From NCBI RefSeq assembly GCF_037042905.1, contig NC_087252.1:20524001-20588000 (forward strand): 64,000 nt of DNA, given 5' to 3'. This document shows, one piece after another, positions 24,872-39,353 of this stretch. Every line of letters begins with the position of its first letter. Position 1 is the stretch's first letter. Below the pieces are notes generated by a model that made no database searches, was not told where the DNA came from, and saw only the letters and a program-made list of their open reading frames with translations. The position numbers were made by a program, and so were the translations under genes. The DNA is from Lytechinus pictus (lineage: Eukaryota).

Positions 24872-27290
24872 CTCATCATTGTTTTATGTGTTATCCAATA
24901 AAAAAAAATGAACATATGAACATATAATCAAAACGTAAGGAAGTAGATGTCAACATATATAAAATGTTATACTTGTGCGACATATTTCGTATAAGGACTA
25001 TGTTTTAAGTGGTCAGTTGGTAGAGCGTCCGTCTCACAACCGGGAGGTCGGGGGTTCATACCCCGACCGCGTCAGACCAAAAGACGTTAAAAGATGGGAG
25101 TTGCTGCTACCCTGTTTGACGTTCAACAATCAAAGATCAAAGGGATAGAACCTCGTCAATCTGGCGCTGCACAGCGGCTGCCGGGCCCACGATCAAATGG
25201 GCAAAGCAAATTTTCGGAGTGTTTCAGTTCATGTCTATTTCGAACAATAAATTATGGATTTTTTTCATATGATGTCAAAACACTGCAGAAAAAAAAATGA
25301 TAGAGCCCCCATTTCATTCTTTGGTGTGAAAAAAATCCTTTGTTCAGCGTTGTTTTAAGAACATTTGCCTAAAGTCCATGCTGGTTTAAAGTGATTGATA
25401 ATATGAAATTTTAAATTCAGCGAATTCTTATTACAAGAGTTAATTAAACATACTGCAATCATATCTCGAAGACATTAGGAGCTTCTATTTCGTGACAATG
25501 AATGCGACTTTAGATGGAGTCAATGTGTGTTTCGGTTATCCAGTGTCGTTTAAAGAGAAATTCCAGTAGTTGCAGTAAACACTGATTTCACGAGAAAGTC
25601 TGTAAAACAAGGCTTAATTGTCAGTAAATCATCGAGGATCTAGATCTGGTACAGTCACATAAACTGAACTTTGTGAAATCTTGAAATCTACGCTAAAAAT
25701 GTTCAGACTGAAGATCCCCAACACAGATAAGCGCACGTGGGACAGTGTATAATTATTGCTTTGAATGTCAGGCCCGACGCTTTACCCGCTTATTTGCTGA
25801 TTTCTCAGCAATTACACAATTTCTTCCAGAATCCTTTGGCACATACGTTTTATTTATACAAACAGACACTTTGGTAGTCATTTCATTGGATTCTGTACGA
25901 ACTCATTTTGATATCGTTACCAAAAACTAGCATTTACCCAAGTCTTTATTGTGAATTTAAGTAAATAGCTTTGTAATTTCTTCCTTTGTTAAAGTAAGTT
26001 GTGGTAATGAACTGACTTTGAGTATGAACATTTATTTTAACATTTCACATATACCGTGCTCATGTTTCAATAATCATGCCAATATTACTATTTTTCTTAA
26101 TAAAATTCTAAACAATTAGAAGGTGAATTGTTTCTACTATGCTTTGAATGGACACACTTTGATCTTCGGCCTATAATAAAGAGAGCTTCTGGAAAACGCT
26201 ATGGAATTGTAATTTTGTCAATGTCATGTTAAAAAACAGAACATTAAATCAAGCATTTTTAATGATAATAAGAATGCAAATATATTTCCTGACGTATTTC
26301 TGTCATTTACATACTTCTTTATTGTGCCTAATAATGGCCCGTATTCTGAACACTGGTTTATTGCAAATTCTGGTCTGAGGTTGCGGTTTGATTATGGATA
26401 GCCACTTGTGTCACAAATCTCTTCCACCTCAGGTTCAATTAACCAGATCATTTTCACTCGAATAATTAATGTCCTAGAATTACAAACTAGTTTTATTTAT
26501 CATTAAATCATGAGGAGGAAGCACAGTAAACACAAGATACATGTACATACGATGCAAAGTTTATGCATTGTGGGCTTCCCATATTTTAGCACAAAGTTAA
26601 CCAGTTAAACTGGACTTTGGAACACGGGCCGATGTGTGTGGATTGCATGTGAAGAACTTGCCATTTTGCTCCATATTTTCAGAGCTATTTTTCATGATGA
26701 TGCATGATCCAAGGAGGTACTTGATGAACTGGTAGTCAAGTGATACATATGTGATAATAAGTGATAATAAGTGATAATATGATAGTAATTGATAATCCTT
26801 TTTTCATTTGACCTATAAGAACAAGTTGAATTTCCTTTATTGAACACACATACAGCTAAATAATAATGGCGTAAAAAAATGTTTTATCGTCTATGCATGA
26901 GTTTGTTGAAGGGTGAGGGTGTGTGTTTTGCCAAGTCATGATAGTGACGTGTGCACACAAATTGGCAAACGCCTCAAACAAACAAACATTTCGCAACAGC
27001 AGCAAATTTCCCCGTCGGGAATCCCCAGAAATAAACAAAAGGAAATTATAAAAAAAACAATTGTCGTTCCACAGCGCATTTTATTTATATAGTTTATTCC
27101 ATGGATAGTTTTATCTTTTCGATTGGTTTATTGGTTTTATTTTTTTCGAAAATGATTTGACCATGAGAGTAGGCATGAAAAAGGGAGAAAGAGAGAAAAT
27201 TACAGTTACCAACATAAATTGAATGATGAGATCGGATTCGACCGCTGAATTCATTTAGCTGAACAGCCTCAGATTTTGGGGTCGTTTAGC
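24872..27290 (+). repeat. Segmental-duplication module, copy 2 (includes SINE ~25010-25258)
   Basis: Colinear with 7392-9240 and 37995-40003. Confidence 0.9.
25554..25939. mobile_element. Kolobok-type MITE specific to module copy 2
   Basis: TTAA|AGAGAAATTCCAGT ... ACTAGCATTTACC; absent at the equivalent sites ~8128 and ~38478. Confidence 0.75.
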
Positions 27291-27689
27291 ATAGTATCAT
27301 CTTAAAGAGAATTAAATTATCTTTTGAATGATATCAAATATGCATTGTGCAATATTGGGAGTTGGGAGAAAGTAATGGTCAAACTCAGATTTCCAAACCC
27401 TTTTTGCTCGTTTTGCAGCTTTTCAATTCAGACCTCATCCAAAACATTTGAATCCTGCTCTTTTCGTGATGACATGATCATAACAAGCATGGTATCATTT
27501 TAAAGAAAATTAAATTATCTTTTGAATGATGTAAGATATGCATTGTTTAAAACTGGGAGTAGGGAGAAAATAATGGCCAAACACAGATTTCCAAACATTT
27601 TTTGAGAGGTTTATATCAATTAGTTTCTATAAAATAAGTTAGAAAGAAATCAATTACGTATAACGTCACATTGTCTTTAATTTTCTTTT

Positions 27690-27969
27690 GCACTTTTTGG
27701 GGTTTCCCGATGGGTTATTTTGCTGCTGTTGCGAAATACTTGTTTGTATTGGGTTTTTCCCAATATGTGTGCACACGGCCCTATCATGACATGGCGAAAA
27801 TAAAAATCTAACGATCCATTTACCACGGCTACTTTTTGAAAAGGTACAAAAAAGGAAGATTTCATTCAGTTGTTTGGGATTCCCACATATACGCTGATAT
27901 TAAACGTATAGCCTGGTGGGTGTAAACGTGGATACGTGCTTGCTCTATTGAACTCTATACAACTTCGTG
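27690..27969 (+). promoter_or_regulatory. Conserved upstream block of micro-ORF A (kB-like and C/EBP-like sites, degenerate TATA)
   Basis: GGGGTTTCCC 27699-27708, TTGCGAAA 27729-27736, TACAAAAAAGG ~27845, GGGATTCCC 27876-27884; alignable with the reverse complement of 42560-42885. Confidence 0.5.
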
Positions 27970-28182
27970 ATGGACGAACCGATGGACGTAGATTATCCAG
28001 ATAGATATGTAGCTGAATCTCTCATGCCTGAACAGATGGAGTTTCAAGAGTCCAACGCAGAAGAGACAGAAAAAAATGACACATCTACAAACCTTGCAAA
28101 GGATCCCAATCAAGAAACGCAATCTGGACGACCATGCTTACACATTTCTGTGACTGTTGAAGTCATATCGAATAGTTCGTAG
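27970..28182 (+). pseudogene. Acidic micro-ORF A (MDEPMDVDYP...), frameshifted relative to its paralogue at 42236-42559
   Basis: Clear protein and DNA similarity to micro-ORF B. An extra base near 28155-28160 moves IVRREQAQ out of frame. Confidence 0.6.
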
Positions 28183-28289
28183 AGAGCAAGCACAAAATCT
28201 ACGTCGCCAAGACGGCGATCACCCAGTCACCGAGCATATTAAGGACGGAAAAAATTCGTATCCAGAGTTCGGGCACCGCCAGAATTTTA

Positions 28290-31200
28290 ATATTATCTGA
28301 AAGATAAAAAACAGGCTTCGGATACAATCATCTGCACATAAAAATTTGAAACGAAAAACGAAAAGACGGCTTAAGATAATATTATTCGAATAGAAACACG
28401 GCGTCAGATATTATACAAATAGAAACACAGCTTCAGATAACATCCGAAAAGATAAACGGCTTCGGATAGTACTATTCGAATAGAAACAGAGCTTCGGATA
28501 ACATTTTCCGAATGGATAGACGGCTTCCGATAATATTATTTGAATAGAAACACGGCTTTGGATATTATCCAAATAGAAGCACAGCTTCAGATAACATCCG
28601 AAAAGACAAACGGCTTCGGATAAAACTATTCAAATAGAAACAGAGCTTCGGATAACATTTTCCGAATGGAAAGACAGCTTCGGATAATATTATTTGATTA
28701 GAAACACGGCTTTGGATATTATCCAAATAGAAACACAGCTTCAGATAACATCCGAAAAGATAAACGGCTTCAGATAATACTATTCGAATAGAAACAGAGC
28801 TTCGGATAACCTTTTCCGAATGGAAAGACGGTTTCGGATAATATTCGAATAGAAACACGGCTTTGGATATTATCCAAATAGAAACACAGCTTCAGATAAC
28901 ATCGAAAAAAGATAAACGGCTTCGGATAATACTATTCGAATAGAAACAGAGCTTCGGATAACAATTTCCGAATGGAAAGACGGCTTTGGATAATATTATT
29001 CGAATAGAAACACGGGTTTGGATATTATCCAAATAGAAACACAGCTTCAGATAACATCCGAAAATATAAACGGCTTCAGATAATACTATTCGAATAGAAA
29101 CAGAGCTTCGGATAACATTTTCCGAATGGAAAGACAGCTTCGGATAATATTATTTGATTAGAAACACGGCTTTGGATATTATCCAAATAGAAACACAGCT
29201 TCAGATAACATCCGAAAAGATAAACGGCTTCAGATAATACTATTCGAATAGAAACAGAGCTTCGGATAACCTTTTCCGAATGGAAAGACGGTTTCGGATA
29301 ATATTCGAATAGAAACACGGCTTTGGATATTATCCAAATAGAAACACAGCTTCAGATAACATCGAAAAAAGATAAACGGCTTCGGATAATACTATTCGAA
29401 TAGAAACAGAGCTTCGGATAACATTTTCCGAATGGAAAGACGGCTTTGGATAATATTATTCGAATAGAAACACGGGTTTGGATATTATCCAAATAGAAAC
29501 ACAGCTTCAGATAACATCCGAAAATATAAACGGCTTCAGATAATACTATTCGAATAGAAACAGAGCTTCGGATAACATTTTCCGAATGGAAAGACGGCTT
29601 TGGATAATATTATTCGAATAGAAACACAGCTTCATATATTATCCAAAAAGAAAAACAGCTTCAGATAACATCCGAAAAGATAGACGCCTTCGGATAATAC
29701 TATTCGAATAGAAACAGAGCTTCGGATAACATTTTCCGAATAGAAAGACAGCTTCGGATAATATTATTCGAATAGAAACACAGCTTCATATATTATCCAA
29801 AAAGAAAAACAGCTTCAGATAACATCCGAAAAGATAGACGGCTTCGGATAATACTATTCGTATATAAACAGAGCTTTGGATAACATTTTCCGAACTGAAA
29901 AATGGCTTCTGATAATATTATCCAAAAAGAAACACAGCTTCAGATAACATCCGTTATGGAAAGACGGCTTCGGATAATATTATTCGAATAGAAACAAAGC
30001 TTCGGATAACATTTTCCGAATGGATAGACGGCTTCCGATAATATTATTTGAATAGAAACACGGCTTTGGATATTATCCAAATAGAAGCACAGCTTCAGAT
30101 AACATCCGAAAAGACAAACGGCTTCGGATAAAACTATTCAAATAGAAACAGAGCTTCGGATAACATTTTCCGAATGGAAAGACAGCTTCGGATAATATTA
30201 TTTGATTAGAAACACGGCTTTGGATATTATCCAAATAGAAACACAGCTTCAGATAACATTTTCCGAATGGAAAGACAGCTTCGGATAATATTATTTGATT
30301 AGAAACACGGCTTTGGATATTATCCAAATAGAAACACAGCTTCAGATAACATCCGAAAAGATAAACGGCTTCAGATAATACTATTCGAATAGAAACAGAG
30401 CTTCGGATAACCTTTTCCGAATGGAAAGACGGTTTCGGATAATATTCGAATAGAAACACGGCTTTGGATATTATCCAAATAGAAACACAGCTTCAGATAA
30501 CATCGAAAAAAGATAAACGGCTTCGGATAATACTATTCGAATAGAAACAGAGCTTCGGATAACATTTTCCGAATGGAAAGACGGCTTTGGATAATATTAT
30601 TCGAATAGAAACACGGGTTTGGATATTATCCAAATAGAAACACAGCTTCAGATAACATCCGAAAATATAAACGGCTTCAGATAATACTATTCGAATAGAA
30701 ACAGAGCTTCGGATAACATTTTCCGAATGGAAAGACAGCTTCGGATAATATTATTTGATTAGAAACACGGCTTTGGATATTATCCAAATAGAAACACAGC
30801 TTCAGATAACATCCGAAAAGATAAACGGCTTCAGATAATACTATTCGAATAGAAACAGAGCTTCGGATAACCTTTTCCGAATGGAAAGACGGTTTCGGAT
30901 AATATTCGAATAGAAACACGGCTTTGGATATTATCCAAATAGAAACACAGCTTCAGATAACATCGAAAAAAGATAAACGGCTTCGGATAATACTATTCGA
31001 ATAGAAACAGAGCTTCGGATAACATTTTCCGAATGGAAAGACGGCTTTGGATAATATTATTCGAATAGAAACACGGGTTTGGATATTATCCAAATAGAAA
31101 CACAGCTTCAGATAACATCCGAAAATATAAACGGCTTCAGATAATACTATTCGAATAGAAACAGAGCTTCGGATAACATTTTCCGAATGGAAAGACGGCT

Positions 31201-33945
31201 TTGGATAATATTATTCGAATAGAAACACAGCTTCATATATTATCCAAAAAGAAAAACAGCTTCAGATAACATCCGAAAAGATAGACGCCTTCGGATAATA
31301 CTATTCGAATAGAAACAGAGCTTCGGATAACATTTTCCGAATAGAAAGACAGCTTCGGATAATATTATTCGAATAGAAACACAGCTTCATATATTATCCA
31401 AAAAGAAAAACAGCTTCAGATAACATCCGAAAAGATAGACGGCTTCGGATAATACTATTCGTATATAAACAGAGCTTTGGATAACATTTTCCGAACTGAA
31501 AAATGGCTTCTGATAATATTATCCAAAAAGAAACACAGCTTCAGATAACATCCGTTATGGAAAGACGGCTTCGGATAATATTATTCGAATAGAAACAAAG
31601 CTTCGGATAACATTCTCCGAATGGAAAGACGGCTTCAGATAATATTATTCGAATAGAAACACGGCTTTGGATATTATCAAAATAGAAACACAGCTTCAGA
31701 TAACATCCGAAAAGATAAACGGCTTTAGATAATACTATTCGAATAGAACAGAGCTTCGGATAACATTTTCCGAATGGAAAGACGGCTTCGGATAATATTA
31801 TTCGAATAGAAACACGGCTTTGGATATTATCCAAATAGAAACACAGCTTCAGATAACATCCGAAAAGATATAAACGGCTTCGGATACTATTCGAATAGAA
31901 ACAGAGCTTCGGATAACATCCGAATTGAGAGACGGCTTTGAATAACATTTTTCGAATAGAGAGACGGCTCCGGATAATACTATTTGAATAGAAACAGAGC
32001 TTCGGAAAACATTTTCCGAATAGAAAGACAGCTTCGGGTAATATTATTGGAATAGAAACAGCTTCATATATTATCCAAAAAGAAAAAGAGCTTCAGATAA
32101 CATCCGAAAAAGATAGACGGCTTCGGATAATACTATTCGAATATAAACAGAGCTTCGTATAACATTTTCCGAATTGAAAAATGGTTTCTGATAATATTAT
32201 CCAAAAAGAAACACAGCTTCAGATAACATCCGAAAAGATAGACGGCTTCGGATAATACTATTCGAATATAAACAGAGCTTCGGATAACATTTTCCAAATT
32301 GAAAAATGGCTTCTGATAATATTATCCAAAAAGAAACACAGCTTCAGATAACATCCGAATGGAAAGACGGCTTCGGAAAATATTATTCGAATAGAAACAG
32401 AGCTTCGGATAACATTTTCCGAATGGAAAGATGGCTTCAGATAATATTATTCGAATAGAAACACGGCTTTGGATATTATCCAAATAGAAACACAGCTTCG
32501 GATAACATCCGAATTGAGAGACGGCTTCGGATAACACTTTCTGAATAGAAAGACAGCTTCGGATAATATTATTCGAATAGAAACACAGCTTCATATATTA
32601 TCCAAAAAGAAAAACAGCTTCAGATAACATCCGAAAAGATAGACGGCTTCGGATAATACTATTCGAATATAAACAGAGCTTCGGATAACATTTTCCGAAT
32701 TGAAAAATGGTTTCTGATAATATTATCCAAAAAGAAACACAGCTTCAGATAACATCCGAAAAGATAGACGGCTTCGGATAATACTATTCGAATATAAACA
32801 GAGCTTCGGATAACATTTTCCAAATTGAAAAATGGCTTCTGATAATATTATCCAAAAAGAGAGACGGCTTTGGATATTATCCAAATAGAAACACAGCTTC
32901 AGATAACATCCGAAAAGATAAACGGCTTCAGATAATACCATTCGAATAGAAACAGAGCTTCGGATAACATCCGAATTGAGAGACGGCTGTGAATAACATT
33001 TTCCGAATAGAGAGACGGCTCTGGATAATACTATTTGAATAGAAACAGAGCTTCGGATAACATTTTCCGAATAGAAAGACAGCTTCGGATAATATTATTC
33101 GAATAGAAACACAGCTTCAGATATTATCCAAAAAGAAAAAGAGCTTCAGATAACATCCGAAAAAGATAGACGGCTTCGGATAATACTATTCGAATATAAA
33201 CAGAGCTTCGTATAACATTTTCCGAATTGGAAAATGGTTTCTGATAATATAATCCAAAAAGAAACACAGCTTCAGATAACATCCGAATGGAAAGACGGCT
33301 TCGGATAATATTATTCGAATAGAAACAGAGCTTCGGATAACATTTTTTTAATAGAAAGACGGATTCGGATATTATTCGAATAGAAACACGGCTTCGGATA
33401 TTATCCAAATAGAAACAAAGTTTCGGATAACATTTTCTGAATAGAAAGACGGCTTCGGATAATATTATTCAAATAGAAGCAGAGCTGTGGATAACATTTT
33501 CCAAATAGAAAGGCGGCTTCGGGTAATATTATTTTAATAGAGACACGGCTTCAGATAACATCTGAATGGAAACACAGTTTTGGATATTAGTATCTGAATG
33601 GAAAGACGGTTTCGAATATTGTCTGAATGAAAACACAGCTTGGGATATCTATGCAAATATCGACACAGCTTCGGATAATATCCGAATGAAAACACGGCTC
33701 CGGATAATAAAATCCAAATAGAAAGCTTCCGATAATACTATCCGAATGGAAACACGGCTTCGGATAACATTATCCAAAGGTAACACAGCTTCAGATAAAA
33801 TTATCTGAAAGATAAAAAACAGGCTTGGGATCAAATCATCTGCATGGAAAAACGGCTTCGGGTAATAATATCAAAATAGAAACAGAGCTTCGGATAACAT
33901 TTTCCGAATAGAAATACGGCTTCGGATAATATTATTCGAATTATT
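28290..33945. repeat. Satellite array of ~28-31-bp monomers (GCTTCGGATAA...CGAATAGAAAC) with higher-order structure
   Basis: Four monomer variants alternate (~115-120 bp). A 511-bp period is seen (28565/29076), and a 1.5-1.6-kb duplication (28491/29999 to 29940/31541). Confidence 0.97.
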
Positions 33946-33959
33946 TCTGCAGTAATCAT

Positions 33960-34635
33960 ATAACTTCCTTTTCCGAAGAGTCACTGGCTCAAAATGTTAT
34001 AACCCGCGTTACATTTTTTTATATATTTTTGTACAGATTATACTACTTCAACGTCCTCTTATTTTGGTTTTTAATTCCTTTTGAAATAATTATTTATGAT
34101 TATCATTCATGACTCCGTTTCCTACAGCTATTATCAGATTATTGTTACCATCAACACAGTGTTTCTTTAGAATCATTATCAAGGATATCGAGAACAATCC
34201 CAACCCAGATTACTGTTTTATTATGAAATCCTTTGTATGGAATACATGTTTTCCTCCTCAATTTGACCCTAATTAATAGCTTTCGTTTGTTTCTTTTCTT
34301 AAAAAGTAAGTATTACTTCATACAATTCACTCTTTAATCTATTGTTTTTCATTCAACAATGGTAAAATATTTATTTATGTTAAAATGTTCATTATGTTAA
34401 AGGTATATACCTTTAGTCTACTCCTAACCTTTCCCCATTCCTCCTTTTGACATTACTTCTCCCTCTGTATACATTTATTTTTGTATACCCTTTCCAACAT
34501 TATACATGGGTATACTTTGTTACTGTTTTTTTTCTTTTTTTTTACTGCTTTGCTTGTTTATTTACTGAAATTTTACTTTGTACAAATTCATGTAATTCAG
34601 CCTTTGTCTGCTAATTGAATTTTTATCACAATAAA
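33960..34635 (+). mobile_element. Degenerate LINE 3' end (L2/Crack-like?)
   Basis: Decayed ...FVWNT... coding remnant, T-rich UTR, AATAAA and a short (TATC)n tail. Confidence 0.35.
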
Positions 34636-35811
34636 TACCATTTATCTATCTATGTAATCCGACTATCAGTATAATTGTGACAGGGCCCTATGAACAGGGG
34701 TGCTGCCTATGGAGAATACAACAAGCAGCACCCCTAAGAAAATCTTGGGGTGCTTCAGACCAATTCATCCCAGGGCCATGAATTGTGGCTACCAAGAATT
34801 GTATGCCCATTACATTTTACAGAATAGTTCAAAAGGGCTTTAGGGGGTATACAGTGTGTCTGTCATACATCAAGCAGATTGTACCCATTTTTACCCAAAT
34901 TTACTGCTGAAGTGAAATATTGCTTTCACATAAAAGTGTTTTTGCCTTAATATTCAAAGTATCAATGAAAAGGGTACAGAGGGTAGCAAAAATTGAATAA
35001 TTCATGAAACTTGGACATAAGAGTAATACAGCTGATACGTTTTGATATTAAAAAAACATATTATTGGTTATGTTACAGCCCCTCCTTAAAAACACTGTGA
35101 TTTGAGAGATGAAATGTTTCTGAATGTTTCTAATAGATAATATAGACATATGTGTGTACTGTAATATGAACAATTTTTTCTACTTAATTTTCTTAAGATT
35201 TTCACATTTATACATACCATAATCCAAAGGACCTGGGAGGCGGGGATACTGCGTGTATTATTTTCCATAGGCAGCAGCCCCTGGAAAATTCTGGTTGGTG
35301 TGTCACATAGAAGAAATGCATGGACAATGACCAACATATATTGTGTTGAAACCCTTTTTTGGGGGGCTTATCAAATGTTTAATGGAACCAAAACAACCTT
35401 CATCTTGTAGTGAAACCATTTTTTGCTTGTCAAATTTACATAAGAATAAAGATTTGATGCAAATCCGACAAGGAATATGAAAGTCATTGCATTTTAAATA
35501 TTAGCATTATTCCGGTGAAACAGTTTTAAGCATGTCTTCATTAATATTCAATGAGCAAACTGATGATGTCATATCCCCATTTGCTCTTTTGTATTTTATT
35601 ATGTATAATTAGGTTTATTCAATAATTTCCCTTCAAGAACCAAAAACAGTTGAATTGACAACTGATTTAGTTCATTAGATATTCTTTGCTGCATCTTATT
35701 TCATTATAAGGGACACATATCATTCACATTGGTATGCAAAAAATGAAACAATTTTTATTCCATGTAATAACACAAGAAACAGGATAGTGGGGATGTGACA
35801 TTTTCAACCCA

Positions 35812-36127
35812 CATGGGCGGAAATCCCCCCCCCCCCGACCAAAATAGTAGGGGACACAATATTAAATGACCCCCCCCCCCTATTTTGGTCTTTCATGATG
35901 GAGAAAAATACATCACAATCGAAATAATACATGTATTTTAGACTAAATGACCTTACATTTTGGGTGAAAACATTTTTTTATGGGGGAGGGGGGGTTGTCA
36001 AATTTTGTTAGGGTAAAAATGACCTTACATTTAGGGTGATAACGGTTTTTTTTTTTTTTTTTTTTTTGCTTGTCAAATTTTACAGGCCCTGATCCCCCCT
36101 ACCTTTGGGGACAGATTTCCGCCCATA
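35812..36127. mobile_element. hAT-type MITE
   Basis: TIR CATGGGCGGAAATC...GATTTCCGCCCATA; 8-bp TSD tcaaccca on both sides. Confidence 0.85.
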
Positions 36128-36616
36128 TCAACCCACCTATAAAATATTCATGACGGCATCCATATCACCATTTTCATAGAATATTGCTAAACCTTAGAAT
36201 TAAATGTCTTAACTATTTGTTATAAGATTTTCATAAAATTTATTTATTTTGATAAAATGTACTTGATATAAATAATAATAAGGTGAGGGGACCACTTGGA
36301 AAATAAAATGAAAAAACCATTCATGTCACTATATAAAATTTTCGCTCGCGCTTCGTGTTTGCATTGCATGTTTGATGAGATAGGCCTACATGAGATTCTT
36401 CCTCAATAGGCTGATATGGAGCTTAAAATATCAAATTTTGAAGTCAACATACAAAACATATTTCAGCTCCGACATCCAGGGACCTGGGAACCATTTTTTC
36501 AGTGGGGGTGCTGAAATCTCTCCTCAATGGTGGAGGATGGACACAATTGAGTTTTCCATAATTACACATACACACACAATAGGGCACCACACACACACCC
36601 ACCCTAACACACACAA

Positions 36617-36648
<32 letters not shown>

Positions 36649-37784
36649 TATTTTTTATTATTATTATTATTATTTATTTCGGCAGTGAAAAGTATAGAAA
36701 TTGGTACAGTGAAGTACAACACATAATAAACATAACAGAGTATAGATTGAGCACCCACTGGACTGCCAGGGTCAAATAAAGTTAACTGAATTACTGTAGT
36801 CAATGAAGACCATTTGACCCTATCCAGTGGGTGCTTACATAAAACAGAAGCGGATAAAAGAGTGAGTATGAACAAAAAGGTTTAAGATCAATTATAATAG
36901 AATAACATAGGTCTACTTGATATCACTTCATCTTAACTTAAAATATATATATATATATATACACACATATATATGACAGTCATTTCTAAGCTTTCTTCTT
37001 ATAAAAGAACATAAATATATAATTAGATCTGCTATTTTTTTTTTTGGGGGGGGGGAATTTCATGTATCTTGTCCTGAAAATTGAACATTTTGAGCAATGT
37101 TTGTGGTCCTGAACAAGATGCGTATGTAACAAATAACTGCGAACGTGATCAGCGCAAGCAGATATTTTTTATATACGCTCTGGCCTTATCGAAAGGGACG
37201 CGTTATAAGGACTGTTTGCAGTTACCCATTAAGACGATACATATATCAACAATCAAATAATGCGAAGCGCGAGCTGAAAAAATTTGACATTCCGACCTAA
37301 ATACTCGACATTCTAAGCAATTTTTATAATCATTGACAGGATAGGTATATAAAAATGCAATTGATGCGATCGCGAAGCGCGAGCGGAAACAAAATTGAGA
37401 TTTCAGACCAAAAAAAGAGACATTCTAAGCACTTCTCTAATTATGAAGAGGATAGGTATATAACTATACAATTGATGAGAGCGCGAAGCGCGAGCGGAAA
37501 TAAAAATGAGATTTCAGACCTAAAAACAGGACATCTTAAGCACTTTTCTAACGGTAACGGTTTTTTTTTTTTTTTTTGCTTGTCAAATTTTACAGGCCCT
37601 GATCCCCCCTACCTTTGGGGACAGATTCCCGCCCATATCAACCCACCTATAAAATATTCATGACGGCATCCATATCACCATTTTCATAGAATATTGCTAA
37701 ACCTCAGAATTAAATGTCTTAACTATTTGTTATAAGATTTTCATAAAATTTATTTATTTTGATAAAATGTACTTGATATAAATA
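36040..37784 (+). repeat. Near-identical direct repeat of ~230 bp (36040-36274 and 37556-37784)
   Basis: taacgg(t)n gcttgtcaaattttacaggccctgatcc...gtacttgatataaata in both copies. Confidence 0.95.
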
Positions 37785-39177
37785 TTTATAGCCTGGAGTA
37801 CCCCCATAATAAGCAATACTTGAATAATATTTTGCTCAAGTATCATGAAAAAGGCCTTTATACTTTTAAAGTTATGATGACATTTCAAAAAAATTAACCA
37901 TGGTCCAAGTTCATTAACCCTAAATGACCTTTGACCTTAATCATGTGACCTGGAAACTCATGCAGGACGATCAGTGATACATGGTTACCCTAATGTATTT
38001 TTAAGTGGTCAGTTGGTAGAGCGTCCGTCTCACAACCGGGAGGTCGGGGGTTCATACCCCGACCACATCAGACAAAAAGACGTTAAAAGATGGGAGTTGC
38101 TGCTACCCTGTTTGACGTTCAACAATCAAAGGGATAGAGCCTCGTCGATCTGACATTTCATGTCTATTTCGTACAATAATATATGGTATTTTTTTCATAT
38201 GATGTCGAAACACTGCATGATAAAAAAAATGATAGAGCCCCCATTTCATTCTTTGGTGTGAAAAAAATCCTTTGTTCAGCGTTGTTGTAAGGACATTTGC
38301 CCAAAAAAGTATGATGGTTTAAAGTGATATTAAATTATTATTCAGCGAATTTTATTACAAGAGTTAATCAAACATTCTGCGATCATATCTCGAAGATATT
38401 AGGGGCTTCTATTTTTTTTTTTCATTGAATGCGACTTTAGATGGAGGACAATGTGTGTTTCGGTTATCAAGTGTCGTTTACTTTATTGTGAATTTAGGTA
38501 AATAGCTTTGATTTTTTTTTCCTTTGTTGAAGTAAGTTGTGGTAATTTACTGACTTTTAGTATGAACCTTTATTTTTGATATTTCCCAGATATCGTACTT
38601 ATGTATGTATGTGTGAACGATCATGCTAATAATACTATTGTTCTTTAGAAAATACTGCAAAATTCATGAAATTAGAAGGTGTGTTGTTTCTACTGCGCTT
38701 CGAATGGACACACCTTGAACGTGGGCCGGATCTATAATTAAGAGAGCTTCTGGAAAATGCTATAGAATTGAAAATTGTTTACTGTCATGTTTGAAAACAG
38801 ATAATTATATCATGCAACTTTTTATGCTAATAAAAGTGCAGATATATTACCTGACGTATTTGTGTCATTACATACTTCTTAATTGTGCCTAATGGTCCGT
38901 ATTCGGAACTCTCGTATATTGCGAAATCTGGTCTGAGGTTGCACGTTGACTATGGAGAGCCACTTGTGTCACAAATCTCTACCACGTCAGGTTCAATTAA
39001 CCAGATCATTTTTCACTCGAGTAACTAATGTCTTAGAATAATGACTAAAATAGTTTTATTTATCATTAAATCGTGGGGAGGAAGCATAGTAAACACAATA
39101 TACATGTACATACGATGCAAAGTTTATGCATTTTGGGCTTCCGATAATTAGCACAAAGCTAACCCGTGACCTAAGAT

Positions 39178-39353
39178 ACCGGTGTGTTGGCTCAGTTGGT
39201 AGAGCATCCGTCTCACAACCGGGAGGTCGGGGGTTCAAACCCCGGCCGCGTCCGACCAAAAGACGTTTAAAGATGGGAGTTGCTGCTACCCTGGGCAAAG
39301 CAAATTTTCGGAGTATTTCATTCATTTCATGTCTATTTCGAACAATAAATTAT
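39178..39353 (+). mobile_element. tRNA-derived SINE with complete head and internal deletion
   Basis: A box TGGCTCAGTTGG, B box GGTTCAAACC; same family as 7600; present only in module copy 3. Confidence 0.85.

Noticed and set aside
28290..33945. CRISPR-like array or repeat-protein CDS (many minus-strand ORFs)
   Set aside because: No unique spacers, no cas genes and a eukaryotic context; the ORFs are short by-products of the satellite with frequent frame changes.
39178..39255. Functional tRNA-Val(CAC) genes at ~7600, 25010, 38005 and 39180
   Set aside because: The acceptor stem is poorly paired and each head runs into the same non-tRNA body, so these are SINE heads.
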